The notes under the pieces are model-generated. The model did not search any database. It saw only the letters and a program-made list of their open reading frames with translations, and was not told where the DNA came from. A stretch of 64,000 nucleotides of DNA, taken from IMG/VR virus record IMGVR_UViG_3300021431_000079, positions 32,001 to 96,000 of that record, one strand, 5' to 3'. Positions 33,233 through 42,937 of this stretch are shown one piece after another. The translations under genes and the position numbers were made by a program. Positions within the stretch are counted from its first letter, which is position 1. Each line of letters begins with the position of its first letter. The stretch comes from a virus. Taxonomy: Duplodnaviria > Caudoviricetes.

Positions 33233-34348
33233 ATGATGACAGTCAATGAGTTGAAAGAATATATTTATGATAAAGATAAAATATATAAGATACTTGACTC
33301 TGTTGGTTGCCATCATATTATTTTTCACAACAATAATAACAAGGCTTATTATACTTGCGCTAATCCAGATGGAGATAATACATCGGCAATTACTGTCAAG
33401 ATGAATCATGGTTTATCTGTTAAGGATTATACAAGAGAGAAAGAATTTCCAGAAGCTTCAGATATATTTACACTGGTTTCCTATTGTTTGAAGCTCAAGA
33501 AGCAGAAAAACGACTTTTACCACACAATAAAATATATACATGAACTTTTTGGGCTAAATTTTTCAATCAAAGATAAGCCAAACAAACAGGATAAACTCAA
33601 GGATGAGAAACAAGATCCATTATATTGGTTCAAGAAGGTTCGCAAGAAAAGAGCGATCTGTATAGCCAATGATATTGAAGTAAAAGAGATAGAAAACACG
33701 GAAGAATATGCTCCATATCCGCATATTAGCTTTGTGAGAGAAGGGATTATGCCGTGGACATGGAAAAAGTTCGGACTGGGCTATTCATATCAAAGAAAAA
33801 GAACAGTTATCCCTTTAAGATATTGGTTGACTGGGGAGCTTATAGGCTATAACATGAGAACCTCAGTTGAACATGCAGATTTGTTAGGAATTAAAAAATA
33901 TTGGATAACACCAAACTATCCGAAGTCAATAAACCTTTTTGGCTTGTATGAGAACATGGAAGCCATACAGAAAGCAAAATATGTTGTTGTCTATGAGGCT
34001 GAAAAGTCAGTATTGAAAAGAGATTCGCTTGGTGATTCAACAGGAGTCGCTGTTCAAGGGCATTCGTTATCACTTGAACAGATAAAAATACTGATTGGAC
34101 TAAACGTAGAGATAATTATTGCGTTTGATAATGATATAGACAGAGATTATTTAAGATATTGTTGCAGTAAATTCTATCTCATCAGAAGAGTATCGTATAT
34201 TTATGATACGCATGGATTGTTAGGAGAAAAAGATGCACCAGTTGACTGTGGAGATAGGATTTTTCAACAACTACTCTCTGAAAGAGTAAAATATGATGCG
34301 GCAGAACACGCCGCTTATCTAAAAAGTGTAAAGGTGGAGAAGGAATGA
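33233..34348 (+). CDS. DNA primase (TOPRIM)
   Basis: NLFGL, VVYEAEKS, IIIAFDNDID, KDAPVD; follows the helicase. Confidence 0.8.
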   Translation: MMTVNELKEYIYDKDKIYKILDSVGCHHIIFHNNNNKAYYTCANPDGDNTSAITVKMNHGLSVKDYTREKEFPEASDIFTLVSYCLKLKKQKNDFYHTIKYIHELFGLNFSIKDKPNKQDKLKDEKQDPLYWFKKVRKKRAICIANDIEVKEIENTEEYAPYPHISFVREGIMPWTWKKFGLGYSYQRKRTVIPLRYWLTGELIGYNMRTSVEHADLLGIKKYWITPNYPKSINLFGLYENMEAIQKAKYVVVYEAEKSVLKRDSLGDSTGVAVQGHSLSLEQIKILIGLNVEIIIAFDNDIDRDYLRYCCSKFYLIRRVSYIYDTHGLLGEKDAPVDCGDRIFQQLLSERVKYDAAEHAAYLKSVKVEKE

Positions 34349-35622
34349 GGTTAACATCTAATGAACTTGAGAAAATTAAAGAAAAATACGGTGTAGATAC
34401 GCTTTGGAGTTGGTCAAGGCTTGAAAAAGCAAGGAATTATCTGTATGAGTTTTATCTTACATACATAGCAAAGAAAAGAGAGGATAGAACGGACTGTGTT
34501 TATGGTGTAATGGGAGGATTATGCCACGAGATACTTGAAAAACTGTATAACAATGAGCTTCCATATGAAGATATGGAGTCTTATTTTGAAACTAACTGGA
34601 CAGCACTGATTGACGTTGCCGATTTGAAATTTGATAGGAATGATTCTGAGAAAAATAGAAGTATAGCGACTAAATACAAGGAAAATCTCGCACATTTCTT
34701 TAAAAATCATAATAAGATAAGCGAAAAAATAGCCACAGAGCGTTTTGTTGTTACTAAATTTGCTGATGATATTGTTTTTCAGGGATATATTGATGCCATC
34801 CGTGTAAATAAGAATGGCTCTTATGATATTTTGGACTTCAAAACGAGCACAAAATACTCTGGTTCTGCTCAAAAAGAGAAGTGTGGACAGCTTGTGTGCT
34901 ATGCACTGGGTCTTAGCCAGATGAAGAACATTCCTGTTAAGACAATAAACATTGGATGGAACTTTTTGAAATATGTGACGGTCAATTGTACTCAGGCTAA
35001 TGGTACTATTAAGAGAAGAGATATTGAAAGGCGAGAGATTGGCAAGAGTCTTGCCACTTCTGCAAAAATGTGGCTTAAAAAGCTTGGCTACGAGGATGGA
35101 ATTGACGATTATCTGAGCAGAATGGAGCTTGAAAATTCTATTGATTGTCTCCCGGATGATGTGAAGGAAAAATTTAGCATTTCTGATTGCTATGTTTATG
35201 TAGAGATCACAGATGAGCTGATAGATTACTGGAAGAATATTGTGATCGAAACAGTTCATGACATTGAGGATAAGATTAAAAGATATGAGACTGTAAAAGT
35301 AGTAAATCCTGATGAAGCGGATAAGATTTTCTATGATTCTCCTGAAGCCATTGAGAAAGAGAGCTATTATTATGCAACATTGTCTGGTTATTCCGCAAAC
35401 TTAAATATCCCATACAAGATGTATCTGGAAAAACTTGAGGCAAAAAAGAATGGAGTAATTGATTTTGGCAATCTGGGATCAGATTTATCATTGGATAATC
35501 TGTTTGGTGATTTTCAGCAGTCTCAGGAAGATGTAACTGATAATAATGTCAGCGTTAAATCTGATTCTGAAAATGTAAAAGAAGCGGATGTTGAGGACAT
35601 TGATTTGAGTTGGTTAGAGTAA
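34345..35622 (+). CDS. PD-(D/E)XK (RecB/Cas4-like) nuclease
   Basis: SWSRL, G..CHEILE, GYIDAI, ILDFKTS, QLVCY. Confidence 0.85.
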   Translation: MRLTSNELEKIKEKYGVDTLWSWSRLEKARNYLYEFYLTYIAKKREDRTDCVYGVMGGLCHEILEKLYNNELPYEDMESYFETNWTALIDVADLKFDRNDSEKNRSIATKYKENLAHFFKNHNKISEKIATERFVVTKFADDIVFQGYIDAIRVNKNGSYDILDFKTSTKYSGSAQKEKCGQLVCYALGLSQMKNIPVKTINIGWNFLKYVTVNCTQANGTIKRRDIERREIGKSLATSAKMWLKKLGYEDGIDDYLSRMELENSIDCLPDDVKEKFSISDCYVYVEITDELIDYWKNIVIETVHDIEDKIKRYETVKVVNPDEADKIFYDSPEAIEKESYYYATLSGYSANLNIPYKMYLEKLEAKKNGVIDFGNLGSDLSLDNLFGDFQQSQEDVTDNNVSVKSDSENVKEADVEDIDLSWLE

Positions 35623-35637
35623 AGTGGAGTTGGATAA

Positions 35638-38600
35638 ATGAAAAATTATGTTGTTTATCATCTACATACAGAGGATTCGTTGTTAGATAGTTGTACCAAC
35701 TATAAACTGTATGTAGATAAAGCGGCAGAACTTGGACAGAAAGCTATTGGTTTTTCTGAACATGGCAATATTTTTCGTTGGACAGAGAAAAAAGCGTATG
35801 TAGAATCTAAGGGATTGAAATATCTTCATGAATGCGAGGTTTATCTTACAGAAAAGCTTTGGCCAAAAACGAGAGACAACTACCACACGATCTTAGTTGC
35901 AAAGAATTATGATGGTATGAAAGAAATGAATCTTCTTATTGGACATGCTACAAACAGAGACCATATATATTATAAACCTCGCATTACATTTGATGAATTC
36001 TTTAAGATTTCAGATAATGTGATCAAGATTTCTGCTTGTTTGGCATCGCCACTATCTCAGTATCCTAAATCGTTTGATGGATTATATGATGAAATTAATA
36101 ATTTACAACAGGAAAAGATAAATCATATAAGAGAAGTGGCTGTAAATTCATCAGAAGATAATTACAATCAATATCTTGAATCTTATAATGCTGAAAAAAC
36201 CAAAGAGACTATTCTTCCACTACCATATGAAATCTGGATTGAGAATCAGAAGAAGATAATGACGGATGTTCAGACCGAATATGATAATAAGATTAAGAAT
36301 ATACAGAAGAGAATTGATGAGGCAAAAGAAACGTATCATAGGCTGTTGGCTACATATGACTATTATGAGATTCAGCCGCATGTTAATTCATCAGATCAGA
36401 TAAAGTATAACAGATTTCTTTATGAGGCTTCGAAACGATATAATAAACCTCTGATAGCTGGAACTGATACACATAGTCTTGATAAGTATAAAGCAGAGTG
36501 CAGAAGCATATTACAGAAAGCAAAGAAAATCGAATACACCGATGAAGATTCGCTTGATTTAACCTATAAATCATATAGTGAACTTGTTAAGATGTTTGAG
36601 TTACAGAATTCTATCCCAATGACTGTAGCTTTGGAGGCTATAGAAAATACAAACAGGATGGCAAATTCTGTTGATGAGTTTATCGTTGATAGCACTGTCA
36701 AATATCCAAAGCTTTATGATAACGAAGAGGTGGTCTTAAAAGAAAAGATTGTTGAAGGGTTAAAATACAAGCTTCAGCATGGCATAATTGATAAAAGAGA
36801 TCTGCCAAAATACAAGGCGAATATTGCTGAGGAGCTTAGGGTTTTCAAGAAGATTAACATGATAGGCTTTATGCTGTTTATGTCTGAACTGACGAAGTGG
36901 TGTTGGGAAAATGGTATTCCAATTGGATTTTGTCGTGGTTCTGTAGGTGGTTCTACAGTAGCATATATTATAGACATAATTGATGTTGATCCTGTGAAGT
37001 GGAATACAGTGTTTTCAAGGTTTGCAAACGAGGATCGTAAAGAGGTAGGAGATATTGACATTGATATTTCTCCTGATCAGAGAGACGCAGTATATGAACA
37101 CATCTTTGACAAGTTCGGATATGATAAAGCCGCATATATTTTAGCATTGGGTACTGTATCTGATAAAGGTACAATAGATGAGATCGGAAGAGCATTATCA
37201 ATTCCGCTGAATGAGGTAGCCGAAATTAAAAGTCGTTACTCAATGATAAAAGATGAGCTTGATTCTCTTTATGACAGCCTGAAGAATGCACAAGAAAACA
37301 ACAATGAAAAACTATGTGCGTCTATTCAGGAGAAGATAGATAAAGCAAATAAGGATATGAAAAAGCTGAGAACAGAAGATTATCCGAATTTGTTTTACTA
37401 CTTTGATGGAATCAATGGCACTGTGGTTTCTCAAAGTATGCATCCTGCCGGAATTGTTGTCGCACCAGTAACTTTACCAGACAACTATGGTTGTTTTTGG
37501 AATAGTGATGGTAAACAGATCATGTATATTAACATGGAAGAGATTCATGATAACGTTGGACTTGTGAAATATGATTTATTAGGACTAAAATCCCTCCAAG
37601 TTTTGCGTTTAACCTGCGAATATGCAGGAATCCCATATCCAAAGTCTTATCAAATAAATTGGTATGATGATAAGGTATGGGACGATATGATAACAAGTCC
37701 TGCGGGAATATTCCAGTTTGAAAGTTCGTCAGCGTTTAGGATGTTAAAAGATTTTCATCCTCACAAAATCAATGATATGTCTATTGTGAATGCCGCACTT
37801 AGACCATCTGGGGCAAGCTACAGAGATCGTTTGTTGTCTGGTGAGATAAATAAAAATCCGTCACCAATGATTGATGAACTTCTTAAGGCTAATAATGGCT
37901 ATCTTGTATTTCAGGAAGATGTAATTAAATTCCTGCAAGAGATATGCGGAATGAGCGGGTCAGAGGCTGACAACCTCAGACGAGCTATTGGAAGAAAAAG
38001 AGTTGACATACTTGAAAAAGCTTTGCCCGATATACTTGATGGATACTGCAAGATGTCCTCTCAGCCAAGGAGTGTCGCAGAAGAAGAGGCAAAAAGCTTT
38101 TTGAAGATTATTGAGGATGCATCATCATACATGTTCGGATTTAATCATTCGCAGGGCTACTCTATGATAGGTTATCTTTGTGCATATTTACGATACTATT
38201 ATCCAGAAGAGTTCATTGCGGCATATCTGAATTGCGCGAATAACGCCGATGATATTGTATTCGGAACTAACCTTGCAAAGCTTAAGAACATTACAATTAA
38301 TTCAATTAAATACGGAAAATCAATTGCCGATTATTCCGTGGATAAACCCAACCATGCAATCTATAAGGGTATAGAGTCTATTAAATACTGTAATGCTCAG
38401 ATTGCAGATGAATTAATGACCCTTTCAAAAGAGAATCAGTATGATAACTACATTGATCTGCTAATAGATATTAAGGATAAAACATCTGTAAACTCACGAC
38501 AGCTTGAGATTTTAACTGGACTTAATTTCTTTTCTGACTTTGGTGGCAATGCTTATCTGTTACAAGTTATCGACTTATTTGATAAGTTTTATAACATCAA

Positions 38601-39093
38601 ACAAGTGAAAAAGGATAAAATGTCTGAACTTGGTTTGGATGAATATATAATGCAAAAGGTTTCTGGAAAAGAAACAGCGAAGCTCTATAAGGATATTAAC
38701 TGGATTGAGATAGTAAAGATGCTGTCTGCGAAACTTGAGGATAAAAGCTTTGGAGTAGTATCACAAATGCAATTCGAAAAAGAATACCTTGAGTATGTGG
38801 ATTACATTTATCCCAAAGCACCAGAGGATATCTATGTGATCATTGATTATGTTGAGTTAAAAGACACAACAAAACCAAGGTTCACGGCAAGAAGAATCAG
38901 CGATGGCGAAGAGATGAAGACCAGAATCAAACAATCTAAGGTTTATAAGAAGAATCCGTTTGGGCTGTGGTCTGTTCTTAGGATTCCAGAATTTAGCTTG
39001 GAGTTTAAAAAGAAACCAAACGCTAATGGCGAATGGGTTGTAACAAATGAAATGGAATTGATTTTAAATCAATATGAGGTACTTAGAAGATGA
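35638..39093 (+). CDS. dnaE: DNA polymerase III alpha subunit
   Basis: PHP HLHTEDSLLD, RGSVGGS, GDIDID, HPAG, KYDLLGL, FNHSQ. Confidence 0.95.
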   Translation: MKNYVVYHLHTEDSLLDSCTNYKLYVDKAAELGQKAIGFSEHGNIFRWTEKKAYVESKGLKYLHECEVYLTEKLWPKTRDNYHTILVAKNYDGMKEMNLLIGHATNRDHIYYKPRITFDEFFKISDNVIKISACLASPLSQYPKSFDGLYDEINNLQQEKINHIREVAVNSSEDNYNQYLESYNAEKTKETILPLPYEIWIENQKKIMTDVQTEYDNKIKNIQKRIDEAKETYHRLLATYDYYEIQPHVNSSDQIKYNRFLYEASKRYNKPLIAGTDTHSLDKYKAECRSILQKAKKIEYTDEDSLDLTYKSYSELVKMFELQNSIPMTVALEAIENTNRMANSVDEFIVDSTVKYPKLYDNEEVVLKEKIVEGLKYKLQHGIIDKRDLPKYKANIAEELRVFKKINMIGFMLFMSELTKWCWENGIPIGFCRGSVGGSTVAYIIDIIDVDPVKWNTVFSRFANEDRKEVGDIDIDISPDQRDAVYEHIFDKFGYDKAAYILALGTVSDKGTIDEIGRALSIPLNEVAEIKSRYSMIKDELDSLYDSLKNAQENNNEKLCASIQEKIDKANKDMKKLRTEDYPNLFYYFDGINGTVVSQSMHPAGIVVAPVTLPDNYGCFWNSDGKQIMYINMEEIHDNVGLVKYDLLGLKSLQVLRLTCEYAGIPYPKSYQINWYDDKVWDDMITSPAGIFQFESSSAFRMLKDFHPHKINDMSIVNAALRPSGASYRDRLLSGEINKNPSPMIDELLKANNGYLVFQEDVIKFLQEICGMSGSEADNLRRAIGRKRVDILEKALPDILDGYCKMSSQPRSVAEEEAKSFLKIIEDASSYMFGFNHSQGYSMIGYLCAYLRYYYPEEFIAAYLNCANNADDIVFGTNLAKLKNITINSIKYGKSIADYSVDKPNHAIYKGIESIKYCNAQIADELMTLSKENQYDNYIDLLIDIKDKTSVNSRQLEILTGLNFFSDFGGNAYLLQVIDLFDKFYNIKQVKKDKMSELGLDEYIMQKVSGKETAKLYKDINWIEIVKMLSAKLEDKSFGVVSQMQFEKEYLEYVDYIYPKAPEDIYVIIDYVELKDTTKPRFTARRISDGEEMKTRIKQSKVYKKNPFGLWSVLRIPEFSLEFKKKPNANGEWVVTNEMELILNQYEVLRR

Positions 39094-41345
39094 GCACTAC
39101 ACAAAATGCCAATACTGGAACAATAACTTTTCAGGCCACGCTGAACAGGAAGATGTTTGAAAAACAATATGATGGTGAGCGATGGTGGCGAGTATATCTT
39201 ATGAATGCGTCCAAAAATTTAATTCCTGATGATGGTATCAATTACAGTGTCGTAAAGATATTTGGATATATCCCAGAATTAAATTATGACGAGAAATATA
39301 CCATCATAGCTCAACCAGAAGAAAACAGTAAGTACGGAATTTCCTATAGGGTGTTTCATATTGGACAGGAGTATAACGGCAATTATTCATCTAAAGATGT
39401 AGCTATATTTCTCAATTCTGTTATTCCATCCTATGCGGTAACGTTGCTGTCAGCATATCCAGATATATTAGATAGGATTGTACGTGACGAACCAATTGAT
39501 TACTCAAAAACTCGTGGCATAAAAGAAAAAGCGTATGAGAAAATAAAGAAAAGAGTGCTGAGCAATCTTAGAGAGATGGATTTTATTGTGGCGTTTGGAG
39601 ATATTATGTCAGCGTCACTCATTGCACGTATATATGAATTATATCCGTCTGTTGATGAGGCTAAGACTGCATTGGCAAATGATCCATATAAGTTCTTCTG
39701 CTCCGTTCAGCGTATTGGTTTTATAAAAGCTGATAAGCTGATTAAACAAATAGCAAGAATTGATAACAACCAGTATGGAATAAGTCGTGACATAATCAAC
39801 AGTGGGAGCAGGTGCTTATCTTGCATGAGATACCTACTGGAAAAGGCTCGTGATGGGGGTAACACTTATATTGAAGTTAAGGACTTGAGACAGGAAGTAG
39901 CAGAACTATGTCCAGAATGTGTTGATAAGTTCAATACGTGTATTTCGGATGATTCGTTATATTTTAATCCTAAAATGATGGCTGTATCTCTGCAAGAAGT
40001 GTTTGATATAGAGAAGGGTATCGCTGATATTATTCTGGATGTAATAAAGAAGCCCTTTTTCTATAATAAAATTGACCTCTCACTCTATAAAAATATAGAT
40101 GGTGTTGAATTAACTGATGAGCAGATACAATTTTTAGATATGGTTACTAAAAACAATATCAGCATTCTTAATGGATGTGCAGGAACAGGAAAGTCATTCA
40201 CAATAAAGGCATTAATTAAAATGCTGAATGACAACAATCTGAGCTATTTTCTTTTAGCTCCGACTGGTAAAGCCGCAAAAGTTATAACGGATTATACTAA
40301 TGATGAGGCAATGACAATACACAGGTGGTTGGCAATTCGTGAAAGATATGATTCTATACTGAATTATGCTGATGTAATAATCGTTGACGAATTCTCAATG
40401 GTTGATATTATAATTTGTTACCGTTTATTAAAACAAATTGACTTTAGCAGAACAAAGCTTGTGATCATAGGAGATAACGCACAGCTTCTGTCCGTATCAT
40501 GTGGCAACCTGCTTCATGAGTTTATCAATACAAATATAATTCCAAGGGTATCACTTTCAAAAGTGTTTCGCTATGCTGATGGTGGACTAATGATGGTGGC
40601 TACTGATGTGAGAAACGGAAAAGATTTCTTTGGATCAGCAAAAGAACCTATTTTGATTTATGGTAATGATTATAGGTTTATAAAAACATCAAAAGATAAC
40701 ATCGTGAATAATGCTGTCGCTTTATATAAAAAGCTGATCGGATCAGGTGTAAAGCCTTATGATATCGAGTTGTTATCTGCACAAAAAGTGGGTGATTGCG
40801 GTACTGAGGCAATTAATAGTAGGCTTCAGCAGGAGATAAACCCATATTATAATACAGAGCATGGAATTAAAATCTTTGAACACGAATACTATATTAGCGA
40901 TATAGTTATACAAACAGTAAATAATTATCGTGTCAGAACAGTGAAATATAATAATGAAGAAAACCAGTATTACATTGATCAGGAAGATATGTTTATAGCA
41001 AATGGAGAGATCGGAGAGATTGTAGACATTAGAGATAGACATGTTTATATTAAGTTCAATGATGAAATAGCAGAGTATACTGAGGGTGATATGCGAGATG
41101 TGCAACTGGGATATGCGATTACCGTCCATAAATCACAGGGATCATCTGCTAAGTATGTTATTTTTATTTCGCCAGAAAGTCATACATTTATGCTGTCTTC
41201 CAATCTTATTTATGTTGCGCTGACAAGAACAATTAAAACGTGTTTTCATTTTGGTGATGAAAGGGCGGTTAAGAGAGCGATTAAAAAAGTTGAGAACATT
41301 AAGAGACAAACATTTATGCATGATTTATTGTTAGGAACGATCTGA
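39090..41345 (+). CDS. RecD2/TraA-like SF1 helicase
   Basis: GCAGTGKS, APTGKAA, VDEFSM, GDNAQL, YAITVHKSQGS, YVALTR. Confidence 0.9.
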   Translation: MSTTQNANTGTITFQATLNRKMFEKQYDGERWWRVYLMNASKNLIPDDGINYSVVKIFGYIPELNYDEKYTIIAQPEENSKYGISYRVFHIGQEYNGNYSSKDVAIFLNSVIPSYAVTLLSAYPDILDRIVRDEPIDYSKTRGIKEKAYEKIKKRVLSNLREMDFIVAFGDIMSASLIARIYELYPSVDEAKTALANDPYKFFCSVQRIGFIKADKLIKQIARIDNNQYGISRDIINSGSRCLSCMRYLLEKARDGGNTYIEVKDLRQEVAELCPECVDKFNTCISDDSLYFNPKMMAVSLQEVFDIEKGIADIILDVIKKPFFYNKIDLSLYKNIDGVELTDEQIQFLDMVTKNNISILNGCAGTGKSFTIKALIKMLNDNNLSYFLLAPTGKAAKVITDYTNDEAMTIHRWLAIRERYDSILNYADVIIVDEFSMVDIIICYRLLKQIDFSRTKLVIIGDNAQLLSVSCGNLLHEFINTNIIPRVSLSKVFRYADGGLMMVATDVRNGKDFFGSAKEPILIYGNDYRFIKTSKDNIVNNAVALYKKLIGSGVKPYDIELLSAQKVGDCGTEAINSRLQQEINPYYNTEHGIKIFEHEYYISDIVIQTVNNYRVRTVKYNNEENQYYIDQEDMFIANGEIGEIVDIRDRHVYIKFNDEIAEYTEGDMRDVQLGYAITVHKSQGSSAKYVIFISPESHTFMLSSNLIYVALTRTIKTCFHFGDERAVKRAIKKVENIKRQTFMHDLLLGTI

Positions 41346-41385
41346 AAAAGTTGAAAAAAATATTGAAAAAAATATTAAATAATAC

Positions 41386-41414
41386 TTGACAGGTTCACAA
41401 TTATATGCTAATAT
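41386..41414 (+). promoter_or_regulatory. Sigma-A promoter for the tRNA/ncRNA island
   Basis: TTGACA-17 nt-TAATAT with extended TG and an upstream A-tract. Confidence 0.8.
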
Positions 41415-41531
41415 ATACCATGTAAGACAGAGGTGAACAAAACCTCCTGCCTCATGTAGTAATTTCCTTTCTTTTGTTTTTTTGTTTTGCTTGTTGGTGT
41501 TTGAATAAATTAAAACAAGCACCAACAATAT

Positions 41532-41605
41532 TGCGGGGTGGAGCAGTCTGGTAGCTTAACGGGTTCATGTCCCGAAGGTCGCAGGTTCGAATCCTGCCCC
41601 CGCGA
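41532..41605 (+). tRNA. tRNA-Met(CAT), initiator-like
   Basis: Cloverleaf; GGG/CCC anticodon stem; loop TTCATGT; TTCGAAT T-loop. Confidence 0.85.
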
Positions 41606-41829
41606 CTCGGTATAGCAAACGATGTTGCGATCTTTGCAGATACCGACTCATGAGTAGGTCTTGCCGGAGACCGTTAATGCGTAGCGTGTACGCAAGCACT
41701 GTCTACGCTCCGGCGCTGTCTATCTTGGTGAATATGCGACTTCAACTCCTCAATTATTTACCAGACAATTAAGGCGGCATCTATTTATAGATGTCGAGAA
41801 ATGGTGATCCCGTCAATCATCAAAAGATA

Positions 41830-41932
41830 TAAACGCTTACAGCAATCATTTTTTTGTAGTCAAATGGTTAGACAATACTCTTGAAAAGTATCATATGTTG
41901 GTTCAAATCCAACCAAAAGAAAAAGCGTTTAG
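41830..41932 (+). ncRNA. ACAGCAA stem element 1, enclosing a tRNA-like cloverleaf (anticodon TGA)
   Basis: taaacgc-ttACAGCAA...gcgttta-G; cloverleaf at 41850-41920. Confidence 0.8.
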
Positions 41933-41937
41933 AAATA

Positions 41938-41995
41938 AAGGCACACACAGCAAATATGTAAAAGTATTATTTGGGAATACATTTATTGTGCCTTG
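41938..41995 (+). ncRNA. ACAGCAA stem element 2
   Basis: aaggcac-acACAGCAA...gtgcctt-G. Confidence 0.8.
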
Positions 41996-41999
41996 TTAA

Positions 42000-42088
42000 G
42001 CAATCTTACTCAAGTGGTTGAAGAGAGTAGTCCTGAAAACTACGAGACGGTTAACAGCCGTGCGAAGGTTCGAATCCTTCAGATTGCG
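42000..42088 (+). tRNA. tRNA-Ser(TGA)
   Basis: gcaatct/agattgc acceptor, long variable arm, loop CCTGAAA, G discriminator. Confidence 0.85.
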
Positions 42089-42105
42089 CGAGGCTGTGTC
42101 GCTTT

Positions 42106-42253
42106 AGTGCGGTGGCGGAATAGGTATACGCTTAGTGTTAGGGTGCTTCTCCAGAAGATAACAGCGAACGCTTCAAAAAGTGACTAAGAGAAATAAGCAA
42201 ACCCGATCAACTTGTTTGTTTGTCATGCAGGGTGTAAATCCCTGCCCGCACTA
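42106..42253 (+). ncRNA. Oversized tRNA-like RNA (expanded anticodon and variable arms)
   Basis: agtgcgg/ccgcact acceptor, gcg-gaataggtata-cgc D-arm, gcaggg-tgtaaat-ccctgc T-arm. Confidence 0.7.
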
Positions 42254-42382
42254 TTTGAAATGAAATATATCGAGGCCATGAACAGTTCACAGTGATGCGG
42301 TGTGAAGCTATTACCGAAAGGGGTGGAGTAACCTCATGGAGAGGAGACATCGTTGAACGATCTTTGGATGGATGGTCATTAT

Positions 42383-42454
42383 GGGAGCGTAGCTCAGTTG
42401 GGAGAGCGTTTGACTTGCAATCAGGAAGATTGGGTTCGAATCCCACCGTGTCCA
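42383..42454 (+). tRNA. tRNA-Ala(TGC)
   Basis: Loop CTTGCAA; G3-U70 pair; one acceptor mismatch. Confidence 0.8.
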
Positions 42455-42463
42455 CTTTATTAT

Positions 42464-42537
42464 GCTGTGGTAGCCCAATTGGCAGAGGCAACTGTCTCAA
42501 AAGCAGTACAGTATGGGTTCGAATCCCATGCACAGTA
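42464..42537 (+). tRNA. tRNA-Leu(CAA), short variable loop
   Basis: actgt-CTCAAAA-gcagt; atggg-TTCGAAT-cccat. Confidence 0.8.
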
Positions 42538-42725
42538 TTAAACAGAGCATTGGCTGTTTTTTAAATCTCCTTTCTTTGTTTTTGTGCCAATGCAGTTTAG
42601 TCGGTACTTAACTGACAAAGATTATCCAGAAGCTAACAGTATAGGATAATTAAATATTTGATGAGTTAGCATCTCAAAAATCAAGCCTTAGCACAGCAGA
42701 ACTATGAGATAAAAACATCAAATAA

Positions 42726-42797
42726 GACTGAATTCATCCAGTGGTAGGAGACTTAAGCATATGCGAGTGACGCAGGTTCGATTCCTGCATTCGGTCT
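42726..42797 (+). ncRNA. tRNA-like RNA with a non-canonical anticodon arm
   Basis: gactgaat/attcggtc stem, tcc-agtggta-gga D-arm, gcagg-TTCGATT-cctgc T-arm; no 7-nt anticodon loop. Confidence 0.65.
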
Positions 42798-42798
42798 T

Positions 42799-42858
42799 TA
42801 AGCACACACAACAATTATATTGAAAATCTTTTAGGGTAAAGAATTTTTTGGTGCTTAG
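42799..42858 (+). ncRNA. ACAGCAA stem element 3 (variant ACAACAA)
   Basis: taagcac-acACAACAA...gtgctta-G. Confidence 0.7.
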
Positions 42859-42862
42859 GAAA

Positions 42863-42922
42863 AAGACACATGCAGCAAATATGTATTTTGTATTTTATAA
42901 TCAAGCATAAAAAGGTGTCTTG
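42863..42922 (+). ncRNA. ACAGCAA stem element 4 (variant GCAGCAA), directly upstream of the DUF2828 RBS
   Basis: aagacac-atGCAGCAA...gtgtctt-G. Confidence 0.8.
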
Positions 42923-42937
42923 TTAAGGAGGATTAAG

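Noticed and set aside
34345-35622. Cas4 or CRISPR-associated nuclease
   Set aside because: It sits in the replication operon and there are no cas genes or array; a generic PD-(D/E)XK exonuclease is more likely.
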